Positions 1 to 13,082 are shown, counted from the whole stretch's first letter. The stretch: 63,889 bases of DNA, filler included, from Octopus bimaculoides (GCF_001194135.2; 8 parts of 8 records of this genome joined end to end with filler, not necessarily neighbours in it), one strand, 5' to 3'. Numbers and translations: made by a program. The notes: generated by a model not told the origin, from the letters alone.

Positions 1-27
1 TATATATATATACATACATATACATAT

Positions 28-790
28 TGCAACCAAGATTGCAGGAAAATTTTTGCTGCTTTGGACAAATGTTTTCCTAAATCTAATCGATATCCTATGT
101 AATCGGCCCACCGTGAAGGTATATGCGTGTAGGCATCTACTAATTTGAGCATCTTATGCACCGCATAAACAATAGTAAAATGCGGCAAAGTTTCAATAAT
201 CCACCTACTGGGTCTAGCGTACATAAGCATCTAAATACAAAGGAGATGTAAACCGCAACGAAAAACACCAATTGCGGACAAATTGTAGTTGTAGAAATGC
301 TTATGACACAGCTAGCATGGTACCAACATCGGAGAATGGAGTCAGAACTGCCTTATATACAAATGAATATGATAAATATTCATGCAGAGAAAAATCAAAA
401 CACCCACTGATGGACCTCTGTATGAGTACAAATTTGTATATAAGTGTACCGTGCACGCAAGGGAAATGCCGTATGTTTACATTGGGCAGACGGCTGATTC
501 ATTTGAGAATCGTTATCGTAACCATGTCGCCAGCTTTAAGTCAATCAATAAGAGCCATACAACATCTTTGGTAGATTTTGTATGGTGACTGAAGGAGGAT
601 AAAATTACGTAAAGCATAAGTTGGTCTTTAGTAAGGCACGCGAAACCATACAATACAATTACCAGGAGATGACGTCTCTGCACCGAGGAACTCCTGTCTA
701 TTTTGTGGAGTAATGAAATCATTAGTAGAATTTCTGTAAGACTCTCAAGATGCCTACACGCATATAAATGTACTCTCGCACAATGCAGTG
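28..790 (+). mobile_element. Degenerate Penelope-like retroelement: RT C-terminus/linker plus GIY-YIG endonuclease
   Basis: Frameshifted translation gives TKIAGKF..LDKCFPKSN..NRPTVKV, then CSCREKSKHP, VYKCTV..YVYIGQTADSFENRYRNHVASFKSINKSHTTSLVDFVW and WSLVRHAKPYNTITRR.RLCTEE, matching Penelope/Poseidon-type endonuclease motifs. Confidence 0.85.
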
Positions 791-1381
791 GGAACGAATT
801 TGAGTAACTGTCAACATAATTTACTTAAATGTATGAATCAATTAAATTTAGTTTTAACCTCACCAGTCTTATAAACACCGAGTAGATATTTAACTCACTT
901 TGTGATCGTGAGTGCACCAAACCACGCGTGTGCGTATGCTCACATTTTCGCGGATGCTTGTATGAGCGAGGGTGTTTATACATTCATATTTATTAACGGT
1001 TATTTTCAATATCTTTCTCGCTGTATTGCGTGTTCGTTTCTATTTTGCATCTGTGACTTTATTTCTGATCTATGCAAATGAAGATATTTCCTTCATTTTG
1101 CTGCTTTTCTTTCTACGAAACGAGAAGATACATTGCAGAACTGTTATTTTAACGTGTTATATCTATTTATCACCCGATTAGACATATCTGCATCACCGGA
1201 TAGATGTTCCTGAACCAGCTATTCAGTGCCCCACCCGTTGTCGGGATTAGTAATAAATTCTCTTATATTCCATCTTCCACCTTTCATACCCTGATATGCA
1301 TCTATATACACATGTAGATGTAAGTATGTACATATATGTGTGTATACATGCATATATATTCTTTGTATTATATATATATAT

Positions 1382-1414
<33 letters not shown>

Positions 1415-2682
1415 NNNNNNNNNNNNNNNNNNNNNNNNNNNNNNNNNNNNNNNNNNNNNNNNNNNNNNNNNNNNNNNNNNNNNNNNNNNNNNNNNNNNNN
1501 NNNNNNNNNNNNNNNNNNNNNNNNNNNNNNNNNNNNNNNNNNNNNNNNNNNNNNNNNNNNNNNNNNNNNNNNNNNNNNNNNNNNNNNNNNNNNNNNNNNN
1601 NNNNNNNNNNNNNNNNNNNNNNNNNNNNNNNNNNNNNNNNNNNNNNNNNNNNNNNNNNNNNNNNNNNNNNNNNNNNNNNNNNNNNNNNNNNNNNNNNNNN
1701 NNNNNNNNNNNNNNNNNNNNNNNNNNNNNNNNNNNNNNNNNNNNNNNNNNNNNNNNNNNNNNNNNNNNNNNNNNNNNNNNNNNNNNNNNNNNNNNNNNNN
1801 NNNNNNNNNNNNNNNNNNNNNNNNNNNNNNNNNNNNNNNNNNNNNNNNNNNNNNNNNNNNNNNNNNNNNNNNNNNNNNNNNNNNNNNNNNNNNNNNNNNN
1901 NNNNNNNNNNNNNNNNNNNNNNNNNNNNNNNNNNNNNNNNNNNNNNNNNNNNNNNNNNNNNNNNNNNNNNNNNNNNNNNNNNNNNNNNNNNNNNNNNNNN
2001 NNNNNNNNNNNNNNNNNNNNNNNNNNNNNNNNNNNNNNNNNNNNNNNNNNNNNNNNNNNNNNNNNNNNNNNNNNNNNNNNNNNNNNNNNNNNNNNNNNNT
2101 ATATATATATATATATATATATATATTTCTGTGTACGTGACTGCGCACGCTTATGCGCAGATAGATAGGAATATATAATCACCTGTATAGACGTCTTAGC
2201 TGTGTAATTAGCTATCTCTGAAATGCACAACATATATTATCTAATCTATATGTGTAAATATACTCACACACTGACACATGTATTGTGCTATAACCCTTGT
2301 TATTCGCATGGCTTACAGCATAGATTATACTCAATCGTAACTGCATCGTTAAGAAGCTCGCTTCGTTTTCACTTGGGTTTTCACTTGGGTTTGTGCGGTA
2401 CTTTAGCCAAGTGTTTTCTATAACACCCCTGGGGCAACCAATGCACATATGAGTGGATTTGGTAGACGGAAATTGTGTGTGTACTTTTCTTTGAGTTCAT
2501 GTTTCTCTCCCCAACACTTGACAAACAGTGTTTGCTTTACTTATGTCCTCGTAAGATGGTGGCGAGGCAAAATGGTGCCGATACAAAAGTCCCAGCTTTA
2601 AAATAATGAATATTAGGACTGATTTGTTCGACTAAACCCTTCAAGACCGTGTCCCAGCATGGTCACAGTCTGAAATAAGTCG

Positions 2683-2761
<79 letters not shown>

Positions 2762-3685
2762 AGAGAAAAAAAGAAAGAAAGAAAGAAAGAAGAGGGACGA
2801 AATTGGTGAGTTGGACTGATCGCGGTTAGGAAGTGGTTTCGATTCTTTGGCCGAATGAACACTTGTGTCCATATCGAAGGCACTTCGATTCGCGAAATTC
2901 CAATTTCCTAAAACAAAAAGAGAGCAACAGCTCATGCTAAAGCCTACGACGGCGACGATGAGGAGGTCAACAGTTCAGGATTGAGAGCTATACAACGTGT
3001 TGCATAAAAGCCATGAAAACGGTGATAAGTTCCTACCTCAGTGAGTTTAAGCTTTTTTAATTTGAATTTAATTGAGATTTATGTACCACTACAAGGTTTA
3101 GAAAGATAGATAGATATATAGATAGATAGATACATAGATAGATAGATACATACATACATACATACATACATACATAGATATGAAGTTAAAGCTAAGAGTA
3201 TAGTAACACCTTTTACTATAACGTTAGTTTTTGCGTAATATCTATCTACATATATATCGATAATTGTATTTGTTCATGCACACATGCACATGTATATATA
3301 AATGTATGTGTGTGTGTATGTATTATGTGTGTGTGTGAGTGTGTGTGTGAGTGAGTGTGTGTGTGTGAAAGAATATGGCCTAGAGAGTATAGAGGGTTGC
3401 ACTCAAGATTGTTTAAAGTGACATAATATTATATTATTGTTATAATATAAAAATCAATATAATCCCTACAATTGTTTCGATTGAAACCCAAAAACCAACA
3501 ACAAATTTATGAAAATGCATATTATGGAAATATTTTGAGTTAGAATCTCTTCAAGGTAAACCGGACGAAAATCACATATGAGAAGTATGAAATCGTAAAA
3601 CAGACTGAATAAATGTATGTGTATCATATATGTATTGGATANNNNNNNNNNNNNNNNNNNNNNNNNNNNNNNNNNNNNNNNNNNN

Positions 3686-3697
3686 TTAATTAATTAA
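3686..3697. other. Assembly gap spacer TTAATTAATTAA (also at 15492, 43139, 51869, 53799, 60486, 62767)
   Basis: An identical 12-mer, giving stops in all six frames, always flanked by N runs. Confidence 0.95.
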
Positions 3698-4717
3698 NNN
3701 NNNNNNNNNNNNNNNNNNNNNNNNNNNNNNNNNNNNNNNNNATAAAAATATCAATTCATTCTCTTTAGGTTTTTTTTTCGTTTGGAGAAATGAATCAACG
3801 ATGTGAAAATCCTGACAAGTTGCAATGGCGGGGCAGAACCCGTTACTTGTCTGTCTATTGACTGTGAATCTGGGGTAGGATGAAGGTCACCAATGTGAAG
3901 TCAGAATGGCGGATATCCGATGCGCTTCTATAAATACGAAATCAATCAAATGAACTATGAGAAGTTTTGAGAAAGCGGCTGATAATAACGGATTTACTAC
4001 TTATTTTTAATATATTTTTGTAAATATTTTTTGTCTTCTTTCTTTCTCTCTTCCAATTTTTTTTTCTATATCTTTTTCAATCTATATATATATTTGTCTA
4101 CCCATATATATCAGTGTGACAATTTTTTGGTCACTTCTTCCTCATATTCACTCGCCTTATCACCCTATTTCTCTTTTTGTCTCTCTCACTCTCTCGGACA
4201 CAAACACACACACACTCACACACACTTTCACTCTCTTTCTTTCGCTCGCTCTACTGATTTCTTTCCTTCAGTCGCTGATTCAGTATAGCGCCATGTTTTT
4301 TTTGTTTTTTTTTTCTTTCTTTTATATTTACATTCTGTTCCATCTATTTATTCTGTTAACTCCCTCTCCGTATTTCTCTCAATCTCTCTATCACCAAGTA
4401 TCAGTATCATACTATTTCTACGACTCGATAGCCACGTTATCTCTTTTTCTTCAATTCTCCCCCACCCCTCTCTCTTTCTCAGTCATTCGCGATCTCCCTA
4501 TCAGTCTCACCCCTTTCTCTCTCTCGAATTTGTATCATTCATTTTTACAACGTCACATTATGTCATTTTCTTCGTGTCCATTCTCTATACCAATAAATTA
4601 CTATTTTGTTGGTGATTTTCATGTTATCGTCACTCTGAATAACACATTTCGTGTCGATATGACGATAGACAGCTATCTTCAGAGCAGAGGTTTCTCATCT
4701 CAGTTGGTAAATTAATA

Positions 4718-4915
4718 AAGGTTTCCATTTAGCACAAGGTCAGGCATTTCAGAGTAAGGGTTAAGTCGTTTACATCGACACCAACATGCAGGTGATGCTT
4801 ATTTTCTCGACCCCGAAAGAATGTAAATCAGAATCGACTTCGGCAGAAGGTTAACTCAGGTGAACTAGCAGCATTTCGTCCGGTACACTAACGATTCTGC
4901 CAATTCCGTGCCTTT
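4718..4915 (-). mobile_element. Old tRNA-derived SINE, family with the GCCTTTCATCCTTTCGGGGTCGATAAA central domain
   Basis: Reverse complement aligns by eye with the better-preserved copy at 19426-19645. Confidence 0.65.
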
Positions 4916-4947
4916 TAGGGTAAACTAATATTATCAAGGAAATTGAG

Positions 4948-5078
4948 ACAGCGAGCTGGCAGAACTGTTAGCATGTAAGGCAAAATGCTTAGCGGCATTG
5001 CGTCCGTCTTTGCGTCCTGAATTCAAATTCCACCGAAGTCGGCTCCGCCTTTCCCACTTTCGGGATCTATAAAGCAAA
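4948..5078 (+). mobile_element. Old tRNA-derived SINE (5' part), same family
   Basis: gcgagctggcagaactgttagc...aaatgcttagcggc...gaattcaaattccaccgaagtcgg head matches 19426-19530. Confidence 0.7.
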
Positions 5079-5094
5079 AGTGACAGACGCGCGT

Positions 5095-5601
5095 CTCAAA
5101 ATCCAAATATTCAGTGATAATGGACTGAACTGAACCGTAACTAATCTGCACATCCTCTGATAACTCATGGATGCTGTTTTGACGATTTCTCCTCACATCT
5201 GCATGCACCTCTGTGATGTTTTTCTCAGTTCTGCTGGTTGTGGGTCTATCAGAACGTTCGTCAATATCGACATTTTTCAAGCCATCTTGGAAACGTCTGA
5301 ACCACTCATACACACGTGTGCGGCTCATACACTCCTCTCCATATACTTTCTGCAACCTTGCATAGGTCTCTGAGCGGGTTTCACCATGACAACTTTCTCT
5401 GTCGTGGTCAATACGACGATCACACGCTACACACCTACCTTCCAAGCACTGCTGTAAACAGCGGAAGTGAGCTTGAACGTTAAAACTTATTACGAACGCA
5501 CAACAGAGTTTAAAGTCAATCGTTGCCAAGGGTTTTTACTCTGTGTTCTTTAGATTCGTTACTATGGCAACAGTTCGGATACTTATTGATCAGACCTCGT
5601 A
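5095..5601 (-). mobile_element. Mariner transposon 5' fragment (left TIR plus N-terminal HTH)
   Basis: Minus strand starts TA|CGAGGTCTGATCAATAAGTATCCG (mariner-type TIR); translation ETYARLQKVYGEECMSRTRVYEWFRRFQDG..DERSDRPTTSRT..VQISYGSVQSII. Confidence 0.9.
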
Positions 5602-7523
5602 TATCAGGCTGACTAACTAAACCTCAATTCATAAATATCACACATATACACACATAACTGTGCGTGTATGAGTGTATAATTATGTATGTGTGCGTGAGTA
5701 TGTGTATATGTATGTATCAATTGTAATGGTAATTGAGCATGTGTATTTTTCGTTGACGTATGTCGGTCATAAAACGGGGGAGTAAACTAACAATGTCTGA
5801 CGAATGATACATCTTGAACTGTTTCTACAACATAGAAATAGGTACTTCCTTGTCACAATCTCGCCAACAGAAATTCATTGAACCAGCGACTGACCCATTG
5901 GAAACAGGAACCATCGACTTGATTATGCACCAATCGTAATTCTTTAATACAGAATAAAATAAAATGAACCGAAGATAATACACTGCACAATTTCGAGAAT
6001 ATTGATGCTTAATATATTTCCTGAACTTTCACAATATAAACTGAGTTTTCATAAAATGTGGACGGTTTACTTCGATAAGGACATTTGATTAACATGGACA
6101 CATAAGCAATGTCATGCCAGGCAACGTTATCGTCAAGATGCGATCCAGGAACTCACACATTGGTAATTTATTGCATCGTATAGTGATCCATCTGTGCGTA
6201 TCACACTTCGAAATATCTTTAAGTTGAGTTGCTTTCTTATTGTTGTTGGCTATATTTGAATTTCGATTATTGCTGTTGTTGTTGTTGTTGTTGTTGCTGT
6301 TTCTTTTGTTGTTGTCGATAATAATTTCTCCTTTCTTTTTTTTTTTACCTTACATATTCATCGACATCTTTAATAGTAACTGACTTTTAAAAGACAACAT
6401 ACCAGCAAACATATAAAAAAGATATACACAATACACAAACAAGCACACACACACACACACGCATATATATATATGTGTACATACAAACACAGATATATAT
6501 AATAATAATAATATTAGNNNNNNNNNNNNNNNNNNNNNNNNNNNNNNNNNNNNNNNNNNNNNNNNNNNNNNNNNNNNNNNNNNNNNNNNNNNNNNNNNNN
6601 NNNNNNNNNNNNNNNNNNNNNNNNNNNNNNNNNNNNNNNNNNNNNNNNNNNNNNNNNNNNNNNNNNNNNNNNNNNNNNNNNNNNNNNNNNNNNNNNNNNN
6701 NNNNNNNNNNNNNNNNNNNNNNNNNNNNNNNNNNNNNNNNNNNNNNNNNNNNNNNNNNNNNNNNNNNNNNNNNNNNNNNNNNNNNNNNNNNNNNNNNNNN
6801 NNNNNNNNNNNNNNNNNNNNNNNNNNNNNNNNNNNNNNNNNNNNNNNNNNNNNNNNNNNNNNNNNNNNNNNNNNNNNNNNNNNNNNNNNNNNNNNNNNNN
6901 NNNNNNNNNNNNNNNNNNNNNNNNNNNNNNNNNNNNNNNNNNNNNNNNNNNNNNNNNNNNNNNNNNNNNNNNNNNNNNNNNNNNNNNNNNNNNNNNNNNN
7001 NNNNNNNNNNNNNNNNNNNNNNNNNNNNNNNNNNNNNNNNNNNNNNNNNNNNNNNNNNNNNNNNNNNNNNNNNNNNNNNNNNNNNNNNNNNNNNNNNNNN
7101 NNNNAAAAAATAACAAATGAACACAGAATGACTGGAAATTTAAAATTCTACTGAATAAAACTGAAATAGTATGATAAAACAAACAATAATTTAGAGTTAT
7201 TTCAAGCGAAAAATGGAGAGATATCCGCGGTGTTGGTTATGGGAAATTTAACAAATGTTGTTGAGTTTGTTGTTAAGGTTGTGGTTGATACAATTAAGCA
7301 GAAACCGAGTTTTTTTGCTCAAATGGTAATTGGAATTAGATAGATGGGTGATGTGATAGATAGACAGACAGATAGGCAGGCAGAAAGATAGATATAGGCA
7401 CATTTATACGCATACATACGGACTTACATACAGCAAGAGAGTGTGGGAGAAAAAAGATAAAGAGATTGATGGAGAGATATGCCAAGATACACAAATACTT
7501 ATATGACAATTTAACTTCCAGGT

Positions 7524-7558
<35 letters not shown>

Positions 7559-7809
7559 NNNNNNNNNNTATATATATATATATGTATGTATATACATATA
7601 TACATATATATACATACATATACATACATGTATATATATATAAACAGTATATGCGTGATTGTAGTTCAATATATATATATGCGTGTTTGTGTATGAGTTT
7701 GTGTTATAAGTATATGTTGTATATTTATATGTATACATACATATAAATACATGTATATGCAAATTTATTTATTGATGCGTTTTAGCCAAGTGGCTGCGGT
7801 CATGCTGGA

Positions 7810-8470
7810 TCACCACCATGACTTTCCGTCTTTATGCTGTGCTCTCTTCTGGTTCCTTGCATGGCTCTTCTCCTCCACTCGATATGGTCCAATCAAGAGT
7901 TTTGATGGCACATCTGGTGTATAAGAGAATGTGACATCGCTGCCCTCAACTGTGTCTCATTTCGAGCCATTGGTTCGTCTGGTATCGTGGAGAGGATAGT
8001 GTCGAGTTTTGTTTTGAAGACCTCTATATCCATGTCTTGCAGGTCTCTCAATTGTTTTGGCAGGGCATTAAAGTATCCACCCTGCCAGTTGTTTGCACTT
8101 TGCTGTCAACTTGACAATGTGCATGTAAAATGATGCATCATTACACATGTTGATGCCCAGGTCTCTTACTGTTTGGGTTTCTGGGATTGCAGTACCTCCA
8201 GGTCCTGTGTATGCCAGTTGGGGGGGNNNNNNNNNNNNNNNNNNNNNNNNNNNNNNNNNNNNNNNNNNNNCTTGTGGCCTTGTAGCGCAGTACTTGAAAT
8301 TTTGTTGCATTAAACTGCATATTATTTTGCTCTGCCCACTTGTATATTGCATTTAGGTCATTCTGCAGGCTTATGATATCATCAGGATTCTTTATTGCCT
8401 GAGATAGTTTTGTGTCATCAGCGTAGCTAGTGACAGTAGCTCTCCGAGTGACCGTGGGCATGTCCAGAAA
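7810..8470 (-). mobile_element. CR1/L2-group LINE RT C-terminal fragment
   Basis: SYADDTKL..LQNDLNAIYKWAEQNNMQFNATKFQVLRY; VRDLGINMCNDASFYMHIVKLTAKCKQLAGWIL; LPKQLRDLQDMDIEVFKTKLDTILSTIPDEP. Confidence 0.85.
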
Positions 8471-8743
8471 TGTATTACATATATTTTTATATATACACAT
8501 ATATATTACATAATATATATACATGTATATATATATATATATATTATTTTGCTTAAAAGAGTTCCAACACTGTCTGTTTTTTATGTTTTATTTATATTCC
8601 TGCAGAACTAATGTGGGGTATAGAATATGGAATATACAATATACAATATAAAATAAAATAAAATAAAAATGGATGGCACCATGAAAGAAAGTATTGAATG
8701 TAGATGAAATATTGAGTGTTCAATATAAAGGATCAAATATATA

Positions 8744-8776
<33 letters not shown>

Positions 8777-8820
8777 GCATACATATACAGATATGTTGTC
8801 TTCCGAAAAGTAAATATGTG

Positions 8821-8871
<51 letters not shown>

Positions 8872-9670
8872 GTACATACATATATAACGATTAACCATGT
8901 GTATGTGTGTAGAAACTAAATAAGTAAATCTAAACATCATTGAAATAGAGGAACATGATATATTATAACACTCGTGATAGCACTCGCGTATAGAACTCTG
9001 CGTTACCTGGCAAACAACAGATATGAATTTATCCGATTTCTTTTGCTGCAGTAGCCGTACAGTGCAGTCAATAGACAGTAAGTAGTTTCTACGTAGCTCG
9101 CTAATTGGAAATTAGAGGACGCCTTCAAATTTATATGAGTGTTCCATATTTGTATTTTTAAACATATTAACAAATGAATGGCAGAAATATAGAAGCTGTA
9201 TGATTACAGTCAGCATGTAATTATTTCTGTTATAAGCACTGCAGTGAGAGCTGTGTGGTTGTGTAGCATCACCTCATTTTTATGGCATTGAAGAACCGAT
9301 GTGAAATAGCTCAAGCACTCAGTACTGACAGTATGGCTGCTCATAGCTGAAACAGAACTCAGCTAATCAAAGTCATGAAGTGACTATTTTTCTTTTTATC
9401 ATTTATTCATTAATATCACACTCTGTCTAAAGATTTATTTTGAAGCAATAGTTCATTGAGTTCTCACAACTGAACAATCGCCTGGTAGAAGTAAAATCAT
9501 AAAATATATATAATGCACATAAACGCTACCTCAAAAGATGTTAAGACACTTATGCAGCAGAAACACGTGTCGGATTGGAATCTAATTTGAATTCATTGAG
9601 AATAATATTGTAATAAACAAATTTTGAAGACGTATACTTCTCCATTCTTCTTTATGATGTAATGATTACA

Positions 9671-9721
<51 letters not shown>

Positions 9722-10304
9722 GTAGGTATGTAAATAGAGAGATTCATATATATATTCACGCATAGATATATGCACACATATATACATACAAGAACACACA
9801 TATATACATGCAAATATACACACACATACATAGTACGTCGGTAGCATTAGGATACATACATCTGATGATGTATTCAAGACATTCCATTATTAGTAATTAT
9901 TTTCAGACGTTTGAGGAAATCTGTATTTGCTACCCAACATAATACACTACAAAGCAATAAATGTGATATTTAAAAACAGAGTCTATGTAGCTAAATATGT
10001 AGTCTATGTAGCTAAATATCGGTCTAGCTAAATAATATCTGAAATTAAAGTAAGGAATGGTCATAGCCGAAATGCATTCGATCATGGTTAAAAATCCTTT
10101 GCGGTTGACCTGAAGCTAAACAGATAAAATCTCAATAACAACAATAAGTATTTAATTTTGATTGCTATCGAGAAATACTGATTCTAAGCCAGGCAAGCAG
10201 TTTGCGATCCTATATTGTGTTAGTGCTGAACAACATTGAGAAGAAAACGTTTAAGGTGCAGCACAACTCCCAGATATTTTATAGCAAGTTCTGCAGCAGC
10301 GGCC

Positions 10305-10307
<3 letters not shown>

Positions 10308-10372
<65 letters not shown>

Positions 10373-10432
10373 TGTTGTTGTTGTTGTTGTTGTTGTCATT
10401 GTCGTTGTCTTTGTTTTTGTTGTTGTTGTTGC

Positions 10433-10471
<39 letters not shown>

Positions 10472-10480
10472 CGTTGTTAT
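10308..10480. repeat. (GTA)n/(GTT)n triplet microsatellite
   Basis: Visible directly in the sequence. Confidence 0.95.
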
Positions 10481-11154
10481 TATTGGAGTTGTTGGCGTTG
10501 TGTATTTTCCAAATTGCTTAGCTTCACTTCCGGCCACATTGAGGTGACCTGTAAATGATGATGTTTTATTCGAGATCATGCCACTCCTTTTCTTATGTTT
10601 TATTATTGATATTTAATCTAGGTATCAAATAATCTTCAAATAAACAAGCAATAGAAGATATCTCATTGAAAAATGACAATGTTTGTCTTTTATTTGCGTC
10701 GATTTTGGTCATCAGATAATACTAGTTCGTTTTCAGATATATTTATGTCTCATAAAGATGTCGTAATTTTCTTGCCGCCATAACGAGGAAACAAAAAAGA
10801 CTACAAGCAGTGCAAAAAGAAAAAAAGATAAACGGTGGTTTTTCAGTAAGCCTCTGTGTGGATTCTAATCGACTTTCTGATATAAATAACAGTAAAATTC
10901 CCCTCAAATTAAACTTTGTGTCTTTAAAAGAAACAATGTAGTCCATGCAATACGCTGTGCAAAATGATTTGACGAAATGGTCACGGCTGGAACATATAGA
11001 ATCATGAATGAGTTTATGTAGTACTAAACAGAGTAGATAAACCACGATAATAGTCATCGAAATGCCGCTAAGCATTTTGCCACAGTGTTAATGTTTCTGC
11101 GAGCTCACCGTATTTCCAATAATAATGATTCTAATAATAATTGTTTCAAATTTT

Positions 11155-11326
11155 GGAACAAGGCCAGAAATTTCGGGAAGGAGCTAAGTCGATTATATCG
11201 ACCTCAGTATTTAACTGGTACTTATTTTATCGGCTATGAGAGGATGAAACGCAAAGAACGTAAGGAGAGACGAATTGCTGCGAAGCCCTTTAACCGGCGC
11301 GCTAGCGAGTCTACCAGCTCGGTACC
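11155..11326 (-). mobile_element. Internally deleted tRNA-derived SINE
   Basis: ctaagtcgattatatcgacctcagt..aactggtacttattttatcg matches the reverse complement of the 19426 family. Confidence 0.65.
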
Positions 11327-11405
11327 TTGTCCATTCTTTAAAAAGAATATCAGAGTTTGACCCCAAATTAACCATTGATCGAATAGATGCATAAATACAA
11401 ATATA

Positions 11406-11650
11406 TATTGGGTTGGCAAATAAGTTCCCGCTGTTTTTTTTTATTTAAATTTTTCAAAAGGTTTAATAAAAAATAACAACTAATTAATCAATAATGTATT
11501 CACCCTTGTTGTTTACAACTTCTTCCCCACTTTCAACAAGATTTTCAATACCTCGTTGGTAGAACTCACCCGATTTCGACTCGAAAAATTGATCCAACCA
11601 AGCTCTCAATTCTGCATCAGTATTGAACGAAACTCCGCGCATAGCATTGG
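11406..11650 (-). mobile_element. Mariner transposon 3' fragment (transposase C-terminus plus right TIR)
   Basis: Minus translation NAMRGVSFNTDAELRAWLDQFFESKSGEFYQRGIENLVEKWGEVVNNKGEYIID*; ends at a TIR-like tattgggttggcaaataagttcccg next to TA. Confidence 0.85.
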
Positions 11651-12069
11651 TGTGTGGGGGGAGGGGGGTAGTACATATTTATATACTAGTACAAATTTAT
11701 AGAATGGGGGTTTTGCAAGGTGGAGAAATTTAGTATACTGAGGTGTAAAAATCTATTTACAAGGAATTTATACAAACCCAGGAAAACTATCTTTCAAACT
11801 ATACCCCGCCTGTTAAATAACGCGAATAAATTTTAAATAATCTGGTCTCACAGACATCTTAAATGACGGAATGGTTACAAATGGATGATCTTTCACCGTA
11901 GAGATTCTACTTCAAGATTATCTTTGGAGAAAGCGACTAAAAGAACAACTACTCACACTAGATCGACGACGACGATAAAAATGTCGTTGACGATGGCAAT
12001 GAAGTTTTAAGTTTGTAGCATTACTGCAATGTATGTATTCCTGCACTATCATTTTTACAAAGAAACTAA

Positions 12070-12711
12070 TGGGGGCACAAGGCCCAAACTGGGCGGGAGG
12101 GGTCTGGTCGATTACATCGACGCCAGTACACAACTGGTAATTAATTTATCGACCCCGAAAGGATGAGAGGTAAAGTCGACTTCGGCGGAATTTGATCGAG
12201 AACGTAACGACAGACAAAATACAGCTAAGTATTTCGCCCGGCGTATGGACGTTTCTGCCTTCAAACAAATTAATAATCAGTTCTACTATAGGTACAAGGC
12301 CTGAAATTTTGGAGGAGGGGACTAGTCGAGTGGTTAGCTCGACCCCAGTATGCAAATGGTACTTATTTTATCGACCCCGAAAGGATGGAAGGCAAATATC
12401 GACCTCGGTGGAATTTGAACTCAGAACGTAAAGGCGGGCGAAATATTGCTAAGCATTTCTCCCGGTGTGCCGACGTTTCTTATTTCTTTACTGCCCACAG
12501 GGGGCTAAACATAGAGGGGTTAAACAAGGACAGACAAAGGGATTAAGTCGATTACATCGACCCCAGTGCGTAACTGGTACTTAATTTATCGACCCCGAAA
12601 GGAAGAATGGCAAAGTCGACCTCGGTGGAATTTGAACTCAGAACGTAACGGCAGACGAAATACCGGTAAGCATTTCGCCCGGTGAGCTAACGTTTCTGCC
12701 AGTTCGCCACC
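12070..12711 (-). mobile_element. Three head-to-tail tRNA-derived SINE copies
   Basis: The block atcgaccccgaaaggatg..aaagtcgacctcggtggaatttgaactcagaacgtaa recurs near 12150, 12370 and 12590. Confidence 0.9.
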
Positions 12712-12850
12712 TTCAAACAAACTAATAATACCAAATTAATATGTGAGAAATTTGACATAAATATTGCCTGTTGGTATCGACACTCTTGCTGTGGCTAAAA
12801 TATAAACTATCTTTTTTAAGTCATAATACATTAATGTAATTTCAGGGAAA

Positions 12851-13082
12851 AGGCGGCTAGCTGACGGAAACGTTAGCACGCCGGGTGAAATGCTTAGCGG
12901 TACTTCGATTGCCGTTATGTTCTGAGTTCAAATTCCGTCAAGGTCGACTTTGCCTTTTATCCTTTGGGGGTCGATTAAATAAGTACCAGTTACGCATTGT
13001 GGTTGATGTAATCAACTTAATCCTTTTGTCAGTCGTTGTTTGAACCCTCTATATGTAGACCCCTGTGGGCAATAAAGAGATA
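12851..13082 (+). mobile_element. tRNA-derived SINE, inverted relative to 12481-12711
   Basis: ggcggctagctgacggaaacgttagcacgccggg...ggtcgactttgccttttatcctttgggggtcgattaaataagtaccag...cccctgtgggcaataaagagata. Confidence 0.9.

Noticed and set aside
1219-2233. Long ORFs spanning N runs (also at 6.4, 26.7, 31.2, 42, 45, 50.7, 52.6 and 54.9 kb)
   Set aside because: Artefacts of translating gaps and (TA)n/(CA)n microsatellites
3686-3697. Recurrent TTAATTAATTAA palindrome
   Set aside because: Always embedded in N runs; an assembly spacer, not biology
5800-5860. CUGACGA...GAAA candidate hammerhead
   Set aside because: Stem II closing pair and stem I do not form
9330-9365. CUGACAG-hairpin-GAAA
   Set aside because: Core is not CUGANGA and the helix register is wrong
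10202-10579. Poly-Ser/Cys/Thr/Val ORFs (also at 49.4 and 54.4-55.9 kb)
   Set aside because: Triplet microsatellites are open in several frames by construction
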